From a virus, in IMG/VR virus record IMGVR_UViG_3300045391_003291, positions 1-63,860 of that record: a stretch of 63,860 nt of DNA. One strand, 5' to 3'. The notes below the pieces were generated by a model. The model did not search any database. It was given only the letters and a program-made list of their open reading frames with translations, and had not been told where the DNA came from. This document shows, piece after piece, positions 43,431-52,095 of this stretch (positions are counted from its first letter, which is position 1; each line of letters starts with the position of its first letter). The translations under genes and the position numbers were made by a program.

Positions 43431-44975
43431 ATGTTTAAGTCATCGCGCACTACTATCCTGGCAGCTGTACTTGTTGCAGTTGCTGGACTGACGACCATGC
43501 AGTACTCGGCTCCTGCTGAAGCTGCGTGGCCATGGACGTACTGCGTCGATGCTGACCATGGCAATGATGCCAACGATGGCATTTCTACCTACGACGGGAC
43601 GGCCTGTCTGTCCGGCGGTGGTCACGGCCCTTGGGCCACCATGGGTCGTCACAACGGCACTGCTCAGCTGAACCCAATCAGCGGTCTGAACGCGGTTGGA
43701 CCTGGCGATACTGAGCTTGTCGTCGCCAGCTCTGCCGCATACGACAACGGTTTCTTCAGTGGTATCCCAGGCACCGCAGCCAATCCTGTGCTGTTCACCG
43801 GGGTTGTCGGTGTCAGGGGAGCCTGCCCGCTGGTGAAGCCAGCCACGACGCGCGCAGGGGCTATCCAGGTCTCCGCCAGTGTCACCTACGCTACGTTCCA
43901 GTGCTTCGATGTGACCTCTGACCTGGCCATGTTCACGGCCTCGATCAGCGGCACCACGATGACCGTGACGGCAATGCTGAACTCAGGAACGATCGCGGCC
44001 GGTCAGACTGTCGTCGGCGACGGCGTCACCGCTGGAACGACGGTGGTGAGCGGGCCTGCGGCCGGACACGACGGCACCTACACACTGAGCACATCGTCTA
44101 CGGTCTCGTCTGAGACGATCGGATCGTCGATCAATCCGAACATGGGCGGAATCTTGCTCGGATCGAGTGGGTCACCCAACACTGTTGCCTACGTCACCAT
44201 CCAGAACACGCGTGTCTATTGGACCGGAGCTTTCGGTATCGGGTCGACGTACGGAGAGCACTTCACCATCCAGAACAACATCATCCACGACAACGGGTTC
44301 ACACTCACGAATGCCTCTGACTCCGGCGTCTCGATCTACTCCCCGTGCAACTACGACTCGGTCGCTGGATATCACAACTACGTCCTGAACAACATCATCT
44401 ACAACCAGTGGGCTGGCCACAGCACGAGCCCAGGGAAGACCGATGGTCAGGACATCATCATGGATGACTTTTTCAACGACCAGCAGACCTACTGCGGCGC
44501 TGGCCATCCGCCGTATACCGGCGCGACTCTCATCGCCGGCAATGTTGGGTTTGGTGCTGAGGGCGGCGGTTTGAAGGTCTACAACAACGGCACACAGGCT
44601 CTTGTCGACGTGTTCAACAACACGTTCTGGAACAATTGTCAGGGTGCTGTGAACTTCCCCTGCGGCATCCACGACGGCGATGTCCAGGTGCTCGGCTTCG
44701 GTGGCATCTTCGCCTCGAACGTCAACATCCAGGGGAACACGATCGTCGGCCGGTACTACGGCATCAGCGCCAAGGGCCTCACCGGTTCCGGCAACCCTGT
44801 TGCTGCGACGCTCAACAACAACGACGGCACGTCAGGACAGACCTTCTGGGACAACTCCGGAACCTTCACATCCACCTGCAGCATCGGCACCGATCCACTC
44901 CTGCAGAACCCTCAGTTGAACCCGGCCGGCGCCGACTTCCGCCCAACTACGAGCACCCCAGTGCCGGCGTGCTGA
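43431..44975 (+). CDS. right-handed beta-helix (pectate-lyase-like) protein with a Sec-type signal peptide; candidate depolymerase (514 aa)
   Basis: MFKSSRTTILAAVLVAVAGLTTMQYSAPAEA-AW. Repeated NNIIHDNG, NNIIYNQ, IAGNVGFG, NNTFWNN and IQGNTIVG turns. Confidence 0.65.
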   Translation: MFKSSRTTILAAVLVAVAGLTTMQYSAPAEAAWPWTYCVDADHGNDANDGISTYDGTACLSGGGHGPWATMGRHNGTAQLNPISGLNAVGPGDTELVVASSAAYDNGFFSGIPGTAANPVLFTGVVGVRGACPLVKPATTRAGAIQVSASVTYATFQCFDVTSDLAMFTASISGTTMTVTAMLNSGTIAAGQTVVGDGVTAGTTVVSGPAAGHDGTYTLSTSSTVSSETIGSSINPNMGGILLGSSGSPNTVAYVTIQNTRVYWTGAFGIGSTYGEHFTIQNNIIHDNGFTLTNASDSGVSIYSPCNYDSVAGYHNYVLNNIIYNQWAGHSTSPGKTDGQDIIMDDFFNDQQTYCGAGHPPYTGATLIAGNVGFGAEGGGLKVYNNGTQALVDVFNNTFWNNCQGAVNFPCGIHDGDVQVLGFGGIFASNVNIQGNTIVGRYYGISAKGLTGSGNPVAATLNNNDGTSGQTFWDNSGTFTSTCSIGTDPLLQNPQLNPAGADFRPTTSTPVPAC

Positions 44976-44976
44976 C

Positions 44977-45522
44977 ATGACTCCGAAATGCCGGGCCTGC
45001 GTTGACGTCATCCTCAAGCACGAGGGTGGCTACAGCGACCGTCCGGCAGATCCAGGCAACTGGACATCAGGCATCCGCGGTGTCGGAGAGCTGAAGGGCA
45101 CGATGCACGGGATCGCGGCCGCCTCCCACCCTGACCTGGCGATCTGGAACCTGACGATCGAGCAGTGCGAAGCCATCTACGAGCAGGAGTACTGGTCGAA
45201 GATGCACGGGGAAGACCTCACGCTGCCGCTGGCACTCGTTACTCTGGATGCGATGGTCATGTCAGGTCTTGGTGACAAGCGCCACGAACGGGCCGCTGGC
45301 TGGCTCCAGGAGGCGCTTGGAGTCGAGCCTGACGGGAGCATAGGGCCACAGACGATCGCTGCAGCAGCGTCCTGCGACGTGGCTGCGGTGGTGACCAAAG
45401 CCTGCCAGCTGCGACTGGCCTTCCTGCAGAGCCTTCCGAACTGGTCGACATTCGGCAAGGGGTGGCAGAATCGGGTTGAGGACACTGCCCACCGGGCTCT
45501 GCTGATGGCGGTAGGAGGTTGA
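44977..45522 (+). CDS. endolysin, GH108-type lysozyme plus a peptidoglycan-binding domain
   Basis: ILKHEGGYSDRPADPGNWT motif, and position ahead of the holin. Confidence 0.8.
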   Translation: MTPKCRACVDVILKHEGGYSDRPADPGNWTSGIRGVGELKGTMHGIAAASHPDLAIWNLTIEQCEAIYEQEYWSKMHGEDLTLPLALVTLDAMVMSGLGDKRHERAAGWLQEALGVEPDGSIGPQTIAAAASCDVAAVVTKACQLRLAFLQSLPNWSTFGKGWQNRVEDTAHRALLMAVGG

Positions 45523-45523
45523 T

Positions 45524-46006
45524 ATGGGATTTCTCACTGAACTCGCGGACCTGGCCAGTGGTGGACTGGCGAAGCAGGTCTTTGACACGATCAAGACCTA
45601 CTTCCCCCCGTCGATGTCTCCTGAACAACAGGCGGCCGTTCAGCTCGAGCTCGAGAATATCGAGCTGAAGAGGTCCAAGGATGCCAATGACGCTGTGAAT
45701 GAAGCCGAGAAGAACGTCAACGAGCGCATCGCGGCCTATGAAGGTACTGCGTCGGATCTGAAGTCTGTGCCGTTCCTCGGTGCCTTCATGCTGTTTCTGC
45801 GTGGCGCCTTCAGACCTCTGGCCTCGTACGCCACGATGTACTACGACTTCCTGTGGTTCTCTGGTGTGTGGCACATCGAGGACAACATGCAGCGCAATAC
45901 TTTGATGCTGATCAATGCGCTTGTGCTCGGCTTCTTCTTCGGGGAGCGCGCCGTCAAGAACGTTGCTCCTGCCATCGCTCAGTTCATGGCGGCCAAGAAC
46001 TCATGA
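45524..46006 (+). CDS. holin candidate (3-TM, GTA-holin-like; 160 aa)
   Basis: AGGAGG RBS. Soluble N-terminal half followed by hydrophobic segments. Adjacent to the endolysin. Confidence 0.55.
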   Translation: MGFLTELADLASGGLAKQVFDTIKTYFPPSMSPEQQAAVQLELENIELKRSKDANDAVNEAEKNVNERIAAYEGTASDLKSVPFLGAFMLFLRGAFRPLASYATMYYDFLWFSGVWHIEDNMQRNTLMLINALVLGFFFGERAVKNVAPAIAQFMAAKNS

Positions 46007-46185
46007 AACTACCGGTGCCGCCATGGAGGTTGGCACTGGTAATCCCGCTTTGGCTCCTATTCATTAGCATCCGTGTACTGAAAGGGCAGAAGCCGTACGA
46101 CGATTCATCACCGGAGGATCAGCATGAAGACGATGGATGGGGGCGGAACCGGCCCCGTGAGGACATTGGTTATCCGTATTGTTGA
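46003..46185 (+). CDS. small membrane-anchored protein (60 aa)
   Basis: ATGA overlap. MKLPVPPWRLALVIPLWLLFISI, then an acidic tail. Confidence 0.45.
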   Translation: MKLPVPPWRLALVIPLWLLFISIRVLKGQKPYDDSSPEDQHEDDGWGRNRPREDIGYPYC

Positions 46186-46233
46186 GCGCATCAAGCACTG
46201 GTGGCGCTCGACCTTCGGCACCGGCACCTAACA

Positions 46234-46617
46234 ATGTGGTACCTGTTGCTCCCATTCCTGGTGGTAGCCACTGAGTACGGCTACCACCTCGAAGGTCTGC
46301 CGCCGGAGCAATCATGGGCGCTGTACGTCATGCGCGGCATCTTGATGGTCTTCGTGTTCGTTCTTCTGTGGGTGTATCGCCCCCGATGGGCTCTCGGGTG
46401 GATTGGTCGCTCACTGGCGTTCGGATGCGGATTGGGTGTGTTCGAAGAATCTCAGAACGCACTGTGTGGTATCGCCGAATGGAAGAACCCTGAGTACGTG
46501 GGGAACCTCTGCGTTCACAAGTTCGGCTTGCTTCCGTATCAGCTACTGGTGTCAGGCATCCTTGCCTACTACGTGGTGAAGTACATAGCCAGGTTTAAGA
46601 AAGGGAGACAACAATGA
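46234..46617 (+). CDS. polytopic membrane protein (127 aa; 138 aa if the GTG at 46201 is used)
   Basis: ORF track, with about 4 hydrophobic segments. Confidence 0.55.
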   Translation: MWYLLLPFLVVATEYGYHLEGLPPEQSWALYVMRGILMVFVFVLLWVYRPRWALGWIGRSLAFGCGLGVFEESQNALCGIAEWKNPEYVGNLCVHKFGLLPYQLLVSGILAYYVVKYIARFKKGRQQ

Positions 46618-46988
46618 GTGAGCCCAACGCAACCGCTGCAGCGCTCTCAGGAGTGACTGCCGGATCTCTGGCGGTACTATTCCCACAGTACGTGTGGATC
46701 ATCTGGGGCGGCCTGGCAGGCGCCATCTACGCGCTCTGGAGCGCCGAGCAGATGAGCCGCTGGTCGGCTGTGAAGTTCGTTGGAAAGGCGATGTTGCCAG
46801 CCCTGGTGTTCTCCTGCTTCTTTGCTGGACGTGTATCGAGTGCTTTCAATATTGACGTTCAGCAAGCATTCAGCGCGGTTGCCTTCCTTATAGCCGTGTT
46901 TCATCGAGAGGGTGCAAAGATCGCCCTCGAAGCCATCAAGACCGGGCTGAGAGTTTTGCTTCGGCTCAAGCCAGAGGACAAGTCATGA
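46614..46988 (+). CDS. membrane protein (124 aa)
   Basis: ATGA overlap; hydrophobic segments. Confidence 0.6.
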   Translation: MSEPNATAAALSGVTAGSLAVLFPQYVWIIWGGLAGAIYALWSAEQMSRWSAVKFVGKAMLPALVFSCFFAGRVSSAFNIDVQQAFSAVAFLIAVFHREGAKIALEAIKTGLRVLLRLKPEDKS

Positions 46989-47317
46989 TCGCTACTGCCA
47001 CGACAGTTTTGTCGCTGAACTTCATTCTCTTTGCTCTGGCCAACGCGATTGCCAACGGGGCCTTGGTGTGGTCAGTCCTTTGCCGAGCAGCGAAGTCCAA
47101 TGGTGATGCTCACCCTGCTGTGCGTAGAGCCTTCACAGTGTTGGTGATCGGGTGCCTGGTCAGTGCGACGATCCCATTCACGCACCCTCAGTATCTGATT
47201 GCATCACCGATCGCCCTGGCTCTGTCGTTCGCGTACGTCCAGAAGGTCACCGGCAGGTTCTGGCACGCCGGAACGCCGTCGCAGTTCCAACTAAAAAGCC
47301 ACCTCACTCAGAAGTAA
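46985..47317 (+). CDS. membrane protein (110 aa)
   Basis: ATGA overlap; hydrophobic segments. Confidence 0.6.
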   Translation: MIATATTVLSLNFILFALANAIANGALVWSVLCRAAKSNGDAHPAVRRAFTVLVIGCLVSATIPFTHPQYLIASPIALALSFAYVQKVTGRFWHAGTPSQFQLKSHLTQK

Positions 47318-47324
47318 GGTGGCT
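47297..47324. terminator. Bidirectional terminator AGCCACCT-N12-AGGTGGCT between convergent blocks
   Basis: 8-bp stem read directly, with an A run 5' and TTCG 3'. Confidence 0.6.
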
Positions 47325-47353
47325 TCGATACGTACAGCCGTCTTCAAGTAGCT

Positions 47354-47476
47354 TCAGTCACCCTTACAGGTGTGCAGCACCCAGCAAGTGGCGCCGCCCT
47401 TGGCTTCCGCCTTCGTCGTATGCATCATCATCAGAGTGGCCGACACGGCCAGTGCAGCGATCAACAAGTACTTCAT
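47354..47476 (-). CDS. secreted mini-peptide precursor (40 aa)
   Basis: MKYLLIAALAVSATLMMMHTTKAEA-KGGATCWVLHTCKGD. AGGAG RBS. ATGA overlap with the upstream gene. Confidence 0.55.
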   Translation of the reverse strand: MKYLLIAALAVSATLMMMHTTKAEAKGGATCWVLHTCKGD

Positions 47477-47712
47477 GCGCTTCTCCTCTTGGTGGTTACA
47501 ACACTGATACGAACCTTCTTGATGCGGCCTCCGAGTCGTTTGATCTTCTCGATCGGAATGGCGCAATACTTTTCGGCAGCCGTTATGCAGTCTCTCTCTG
47601 AGTATCCGCATACGGTTGTGATGTGAGGCGGCTTTCCTTTCTTGGGTGGACCGAACGGCTTTGTCCAGACCAGGAACCACTCAGGATGGGCGAGCTTCTC
47701 ACCCATTGCCAT
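47473..47712 (-). CDS. hypothetical basic protein (about 79 aa; start uncertain)
   Basis: ORF 47473..47739, with an internal ATG chosen. Confidence 0.45.
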   Translation of the reverse strand: MAMGEKLAHPEWFLVWTKPFGPPKKGKPPHITTVCGYSERDCITAAEKYCAIPIEKIKRLGGRIKKVRISVVTTKRRSA

Positions 47713-47968
47713 CTCCAGTCTGTTTGGTGGAAACGACAATACTTAAATAGTCCGACATGCTTCCGGCAAGCGCTCGCCGTTCTGGTCCCCATCGGCCTGG
47801 AATGAACGTCTCCTTGCCTTGCCGCTCTAGTTTGGTAAACGCTTGTCGAAACATTAGACAAGCTTCGATACCGCAATTGACGAAAATATCTTCGCTTATG
47901 CCTGTGCGCACGTCATGTGGCTTAGCGCCATTCTTGAGCGCATCGAGTCGATCAATTAGACTCTGCAT
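47699..47968 (-). CDS. hypothetical protein (89 aa)
   Basis: C-terminal part of ORF 47699..48280, from MQSLIDRLDAL. The RBS is weak. Confidence 0.4.
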   Translation of the reverse strand: MQSLIDRLDALKNGAKPHDVRTGISEDIFVNCGIEACLMFRQAFTKLERQGKETFIPGRWGPERRALAGSMSDYLSIVVSTKQTGDGNG

Positions 47969-47985
47969 GACAACTAGATTAGGCG

Positions 47986-48369
47986 TCACGTCTTCTCTCC
48001 AGTCTGTTGAGCGGATGCGGAATGGGCGGCTGCGAGCATGGCGATGGCTTCTTGAATAAGAGGGAAATCTTCTCCGCTCGGCCCAAACTGTCTTTCGTAA
48101 GTCACTATAATCCGCTTCAGCGCCTCTACCACCACCTCTGCACGCCGCGCGTCTGTGATGGTTGCAAACACGCTGTCGCACTTTGAAATGTCGTTCTTGC
48201 AGCGCGGGCACTCGGTCAATGCAGGATTGCAAGCCGCCTCCTGCGCCTCTGCCGGAAGTGCGGCGATGAGGCGCTGGCAAAGATTTAAAACGAGCTTGTA
48301 AGCTAAGAAGGCGTTGTCGATAACGCGGATCGTGTCAAGCTCCGACTCCGCTTCCTGTCTGGTGATCAT
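47986..48369 (-). CDS. hypothetical protein (127 aa)
   Basis: ATGA overlap with 48366..48803. Confidence 0.6.
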   Translation of the reverse strand: MITRQEAESELDTIRVIDNAFLAYKLVLNLCQRLIAALPAEAQEAACNPALTECPRCKNDISKCDSVFATITDARRAEVVVEALKRIIVTYERQFGPSGEDFPLIQEAIAMLAAAHSASAQQTGEKT

Positions 48370-48803
48370 GGGATGCCTGCCTCGTTGAGTTTGTTGTATA
48401 GAGTTGTTGCCATTTCGCGGCCACAATCAGAACCCGGTCCGCCTGCGTATTGATCCACGCGCATCACTGCTTTGCACTGCTCGTGCGCTTCTCTGAGCAG
48501 CTCAAGCGCAGCGGCCAGCTGGTCCGCGAGGTCGTGGGCTGATGCTATGAAGTGCATATTGGACTCTGCCTTTTCACGCAATTCAGCATCTTCATGCAAT
48601 CGAGGGCCGCGCTTCACATCGAATGGACATTCTGCTACTGGCGCCCAAAGCTTTATATCGGTCAACGATGCACAAACCTGCAAATCATCACAATCGCGCG
48701 GTCCGTCATGATCGTCATGGACATTTGCTTTCCAAGGCGGAGCCGTGGCTTTTCTTCGTATCTCGAATAGCTCGGCGCAGCGTGATACATCTAGACTGTT
48801 CAT
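48366..48803 (-). CDS. hypothetical protein (145 aa)
   Basis: ORF track. Confidence 0.6.
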   Translation of the reverse strand: MNSLDVSRCAELFEIRRKATAPPWKANVHDDHDGPRDCDDLQVCASLTDIKLWAPVAECPFDVKRGPRLHEDAELREKAESNMHFIASAHDLADQLAAALELLREAHEQCKAVMRVDQYAGGPGSDCGREMATTLYNKLNEAGIP

Positions 48804-49012
48804 TGAATGCTCCCGTTGGCAGTTAAGACGATGACGTGCCCTGGCGGCCAGCGCGGTGGGTTTTCATGATCTGATGGATTGCACAGCTTGCACGGCATGC
48901 CGGCGCCACCGCAGCAGCCATCTCCGTCGTTCCAAGGCACGTTTGGATGGTGCTCGCAGACCCAGCCAGTGTCATTGCATGAGGCGCAACGGGTTGCGGA
49001 TAGGGTGGTCAT
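48800..49012 (-). CDS. Cys-rich small protein (70 aa)
   Basis: ATGA overlap with the methyltransferase stop. CASCNDTGWVCEHH...CCGGAGMPCKLC. Confidence 0.55.
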   Translation of the reverse strand: MTTLSATRCASCNDTGWVCEHHPNVPWNDGDGCCGGAGMPCKLCNPSDHENPPRWPPGHVIVLTANGSIQ

Positions 49013-49710
49013 GGTCTGCATTCCATAAATGCAGCAATCACTTCCGCCGCGACTTGCGGGACGATCGCATTGCCGAAGGCGCGCAGGCAAGCCACATCAT
49101 CGTATAGCCCATGCGCCGGCACCATTCCTCTTTGCTCACCACTAAACCGCGACAGCCTGGATGCTTCTGCATAGATGGGCAGTCTTGATTTGCCGTAGCC
49201 GTTGGTGTAGCTCGTAAAGTAAATCCGTTCTCGTGCATGATCCGCGCCGACAACGAAAGCCGGCAGAACATCGACTTCAACGGCGTATTGAATTGACCCC
49301 ATGTCAAATGTGACACCATCCAGCCAATCCCGCGCTCCTGACACTTGCTCGCCAAAGACGACAGCATGGCGCGACGCCGCGATGAGCTGAAACCATACTG
49401 GCCAGAGGTGACGCTCGCAGGATGTTCGTTTACCACGTCCTCGAGTTGCGCTACTGAATGGCTGGCATGGGCAGCTCCCAGTCCAAAGCTCTCGATCATC
49501 CGGCCACCCTGCGAGCCGTGCTGCATAAGCCCATCCTCCGATGCCTGCGAAAAAGTGACACTGTGTGAATCCTCGTAAGTCGTCCGGCTGAACATCTGTA
49601 ATTGATCTTTCATCGACTTCGCCTTGTGGTATGTGACCAGCAGCCATCAGGTTGCGCAGCCATTGCGCTGGGTATGGTTCCCACTCGTTGTAGTAGGAAC
49701 CTCTACTCAT
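49009..49710 (-). CDS. compact DNA (cytosine-5) methyltransferase-like protein (233 aa)
   Basis: Motif I FFAGIGGW, motif IV SCPCQPFS, motif VI-like FGEQV, motif X FGNAIVPQVA. Confidence 0.7.
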   Translation of the reverse strand: MSRGSYYNEWEPYPAQWLRNLMAAGHIPQGEVDERSITDVQPDDLRGFTQCHFFAGIGGWAYAARLAGWPDDRELWTGSCPCQPFSSATRGRGKRTSCERHLWPVWFQLIAASRHAVVFGEQVSGARDWLDGVTFDMGSIQYAVEVDVLPAFVVGADHARERIYFTSYTNGYGKSRLPIYAEASRLSRFSGEQRGMVPAHGLYDDVACLRAFGNAIVPQVAAEVIAAFMECRP

Positions 49711-49945
49711 GAAATTCGCCTTGCCATCTGTAATGCTGTGCGCAAATCTTTTCTAGCTCCTCTAATTTAGGGTCTTTGCGAAGTGAAGCAAGCTCAGCCT
49801 CCGCCGCCTTCAGCCTTTCATCCATCGCATTGAGGAGGCGCATCACAGCAGGGAAGTCGATTACTGCCGGGGCTAATTCGCCAGATTCAACGCGGCGTAG
49901 ATCATCCAGCCAGCGCTCGATCTCGTCGTTCGTCCTAGTGGTCAT
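49703..49945 (-). CDS. hypothetical coiled-coil protein (80 aa)
   Basis: ORF track; ATGA overlap upstream. Confidence 0.6.
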   Translation of the reverse strand: MTTRTNDEIERWLDDLRRVESGELAPAVIDFPAVMRLLNAMDERLKAAEAELASLRKDPKLEELEKICAQHYRWQGEFHE

Positions 49946-50148
49946 TTGTCGCTCTTCCAGAAGTCGGCTCGAATTGGTTGCCAGTTCGTGTAATCAGGCG
50001 TCCTGTTGACGGCGCCACAGATGCGGCACTGGCTGACGATATAACCATGGACATCGCCTTCCAAGATATCTGCGGAAACATGCTCGCCGGGATGCTTGCA
50101 CTGTTTTTGCAGGAGCCCAAGCAACAGGCGATACAAGTAGGTTTTCAT
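49942..50148 (-). CDS. hypothetical Cys-containing protein (68 aa)
   Basis: ORF track. Confidence 0.55.
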   Translation of the reverse strand: MKTYLYRLLLGLLQKQCKHPGEHVSADILEGDVHGYIVSQCRICGAVNRTPDYTNWQPIRADFWKSDK

Positions 50149-50227
50149 TTTCTCGCTGCCTCAGATTTCTTGATTAGCGACCGTATTCTGTCGGTAAGGC
50201 CGTTTGACCTCCAGCCTCTGTCAACCA

Positions 50228-50725
50228 TCACACACCATCCTTTGGCTGAGAGCGGGCGCGGTCAACAATGCGATCAAGGTCAGGGCCATCAAAGTAAATA
50301 AGCATCTCTATGCCGTGCTTGAATTCTTTTCGACGCACACACAAATGCGTTGGCGGATCATTTCGCAGCCAACGATACCGCTCCGCATCCTGCCTCAGCC
50401 CTTCGCACTCGGCGCGCAGGCATCTAACCTCATTACCAAGCTCAAATGACTTGTTTTCTGCGTCATTAATCTGAGCCTGCATTTCTGATAGGTGATCGGC
50501 AATAACTGCCTCGCCACGTGACAGATCGATGCCGGCCCGTTCGCATGCCTTTCCAGCCATTCTCAACCGCTCAATCTCCGCCTTCATCGCTTCGCATTCG
50601 ACATGCAGGCGTTGGATTTCATTGAACAGTTGACGGTTAACCTGCTGCGATCGATTGTAGTCAACGAGGCGAGCATCTGCGGTTTCGCATGCGTCCTTGT
50701 ACAGCTGTTCGAAATTCTTGCTCAT
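50228..50725 (-). CDS. coiled-coil protein (165 aa)
   Basis: ATGA overlap fixes the start at MSKNFEQLYKD. Confidence 0.6.
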   Translation of the reverse strand: MSKNFEQLYKDACETADARLVDYNRSQQVNRQLFNEIQRLHVECEAMKAEIERLRMAGKACERAGIDLSRGEAVIADHLSEMQAQINDAENKSFELGNEVRCLRAECEGLRQDAERYRWLRNDPPTHLCVRRKEFKHGIEMLIYFDGPDLDRIVDRARSQPKDGV

Positions 50726-50907
50726 GACTTTTTCCCACTGGCCATCTCGCGCAGACGCTTGGCGAGGTTGCCGATCTTGAAGAACTCCTTGCGCTCGGAG
50801 CGAGAGCCGATCCATGCACCGTTGACCGTGTGAGTCTCCGATATGGTGTTGGCCTGCTTCTCCAACACCTTGGCGGACTCGGTGAGTACTTCGACTTCTG
50901 TCTTCAT
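50722..50907 (-). CDS. hypothetical protein (61 aa)
   Basis: Internal ATG (MKTEVEVLTES...). Confidence 0.45.
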   Translation of the reverse strand: MKTEVEVLTESAKVLEKQANTISETHTVNGAWIGSRSERKEFFKIGNLAKRLREMASGKKS

Positions 50908-50911
50908 GGCA

Positions 50912-51112
50912 TTACGACCGCTTCCGGCGTACGGCATCAACCTTGTGCGAATAGTTACGCGCGGCAATCAAAAGAGCGTTGCGATTGCACTGACTCAACC
51001 AACTGCTATCGCCTGAACGGAACGCTTCAGCTTTAGCGATCAACTCCATCGCCGCCTGTTCCATGCGTACGATCGCCGCATCGATCTTTTCCTGCGCTTT
51101 CATCTTGCTCAT
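50912..51112 (-). CDS. hypothetical protein (66 aa)
   Basis: GGAGGA RBS; ATGA overlap upstream. Confidence 0.55.
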   Translation of the reverse strand: MSKMKAQEKIDAAIVRMEQAAMELIAKAEAFRSGDSSWLSQCNRNALLIAARNYSHKVDAVRRKRS

Positions 51113-51306
51113 ACGTCCTCCGGCGCTCTCCATGCTGAACTGAGCCAGCCGATCCCGAGCTGGTTGTAGGTGTAGGTGACGATCGGATAGGAGCGCCCTA
51201 CAGGGCGCCAGCCGTCGTCTGACAGGTACTGCGCACCAATGAGCCCCAGCGGCCTGTTACGCAGGCTGTGGTCTTGCGGCAGCGCCGCCAGGGCTACGTA
51301 GCGCAT
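51109..51306 (-). CDS. hypothetical protein (65 aa)
   Basis: TGATG junction with the upstream gene; starts MRYVALAALPQD. Confidence 0.5.
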   Translation of the reverse strand: MRYVALAALPQDHSLRNRPLGLIGAQYLSDDGWRPVGRSYPIVTYTYNQLGIGWLSSAWRAPEDV

Positions 51307-51530
51307 CAGTCGCCGGCCTTCTCGACTTTGACGCCGGAAGCGACAAGCTCTGCCACCTCGCGCGTTGTCGGAAGATGTGCCTTGACCTTGTCCTTGACGA
51401 CGTGCCGGATTGCCTGTGCTTCGCTGATGGCATCGACAAGGTGGGTTACCCCTTCCGGCCACTCGACGGCATAGAGCCGCCTTGCAGATGGCTTTGTATG
51501 GGTTGGTACTGTGGTGGTTGAAGCTGACAT
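51306..51530 (-). CDS. hypothetical protein (74 aa)
   Basis: GGAGAG RBS 6 nt upstream. Confidence 0.6.
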   Translation of the reverse strand: MSASTTTVPTHTKPSARRLYAVEWPEGVTHLVDAISEAQAIRHVVKDKVKAHLPTTREVAELVASGVKVEKAGD

Positions 51531-51559
51531 CTAGACTCTCCTGTGTATAAAACTGTGGA

Positions 51560-52081
51560 TTACTGCAGGGTGTTGGACTCGCTGGAGTCGGACGGCTGAC
51601 CGACCGGCAGTTCGCCCTGATCGTCGTCTTCGGGCTGCTCGGCCTTGCCGCCGCTCAGCTTCAGCTCGACATCGTGTGTGGTCCACGAACCGAGGATGCC
51701 GTCCTGCTCGGCGTTGGCGTGCACGGCGACCTGGAAGCTGCACTCGAGCATCTTGCCGCTGATGGGAGTGAGTGCGATCTTCTTGAACTTAGCGTCCTTG
51801 AAGACGATGGGCTGCGCGCTGGGGACGTCGCGCTTGATGCTGGCCTTGACCTCGACAAACTCGTCGGGGAGCTTCAGCTCAACAGCCGGGAGCAAGAGCT
51901 CGCCGTTTTCGTCGTACATCGATTCGATCATGGCGGTGTACGACTCACCGACCATTGCAGCGATCTGATCGAGCTTCACGGATCCCTGGAACTTCAAATC
52001 CAGGGTGAGGATCGAGTCTTCGCCGATCTTCTCGAACCTCGTGTTGCGGTGGACAAGCGGAATGATGCGATTCAGTTTCAC
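51560..52081 (-). CDS. hypothetical protein with an acidic C-terminal tail (173 aa)
   Basis: GTG after AGGAG. The tail reads EQPEDDDQGELPVGQPSDSSES. Confidence 0.65.
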   Translation of the reverse strand: MKLNRIIPLVHRNTRFEKIGEDSILTLDLKFQGSVKLDQIAAMVGESYTAMIESMYDENGELLLPAVELKLPDEFVEVKASIKRDVPSAQPIVFKDAKFKKIALTPISGKMLECSFQVAVHANAEQDGILGSWTTHDVELKLSGGKAEQPEDDDQGELPVGQPSDSSESNTLQ

Positions 52082-52095
52082 GGTTTACTCCTGGT

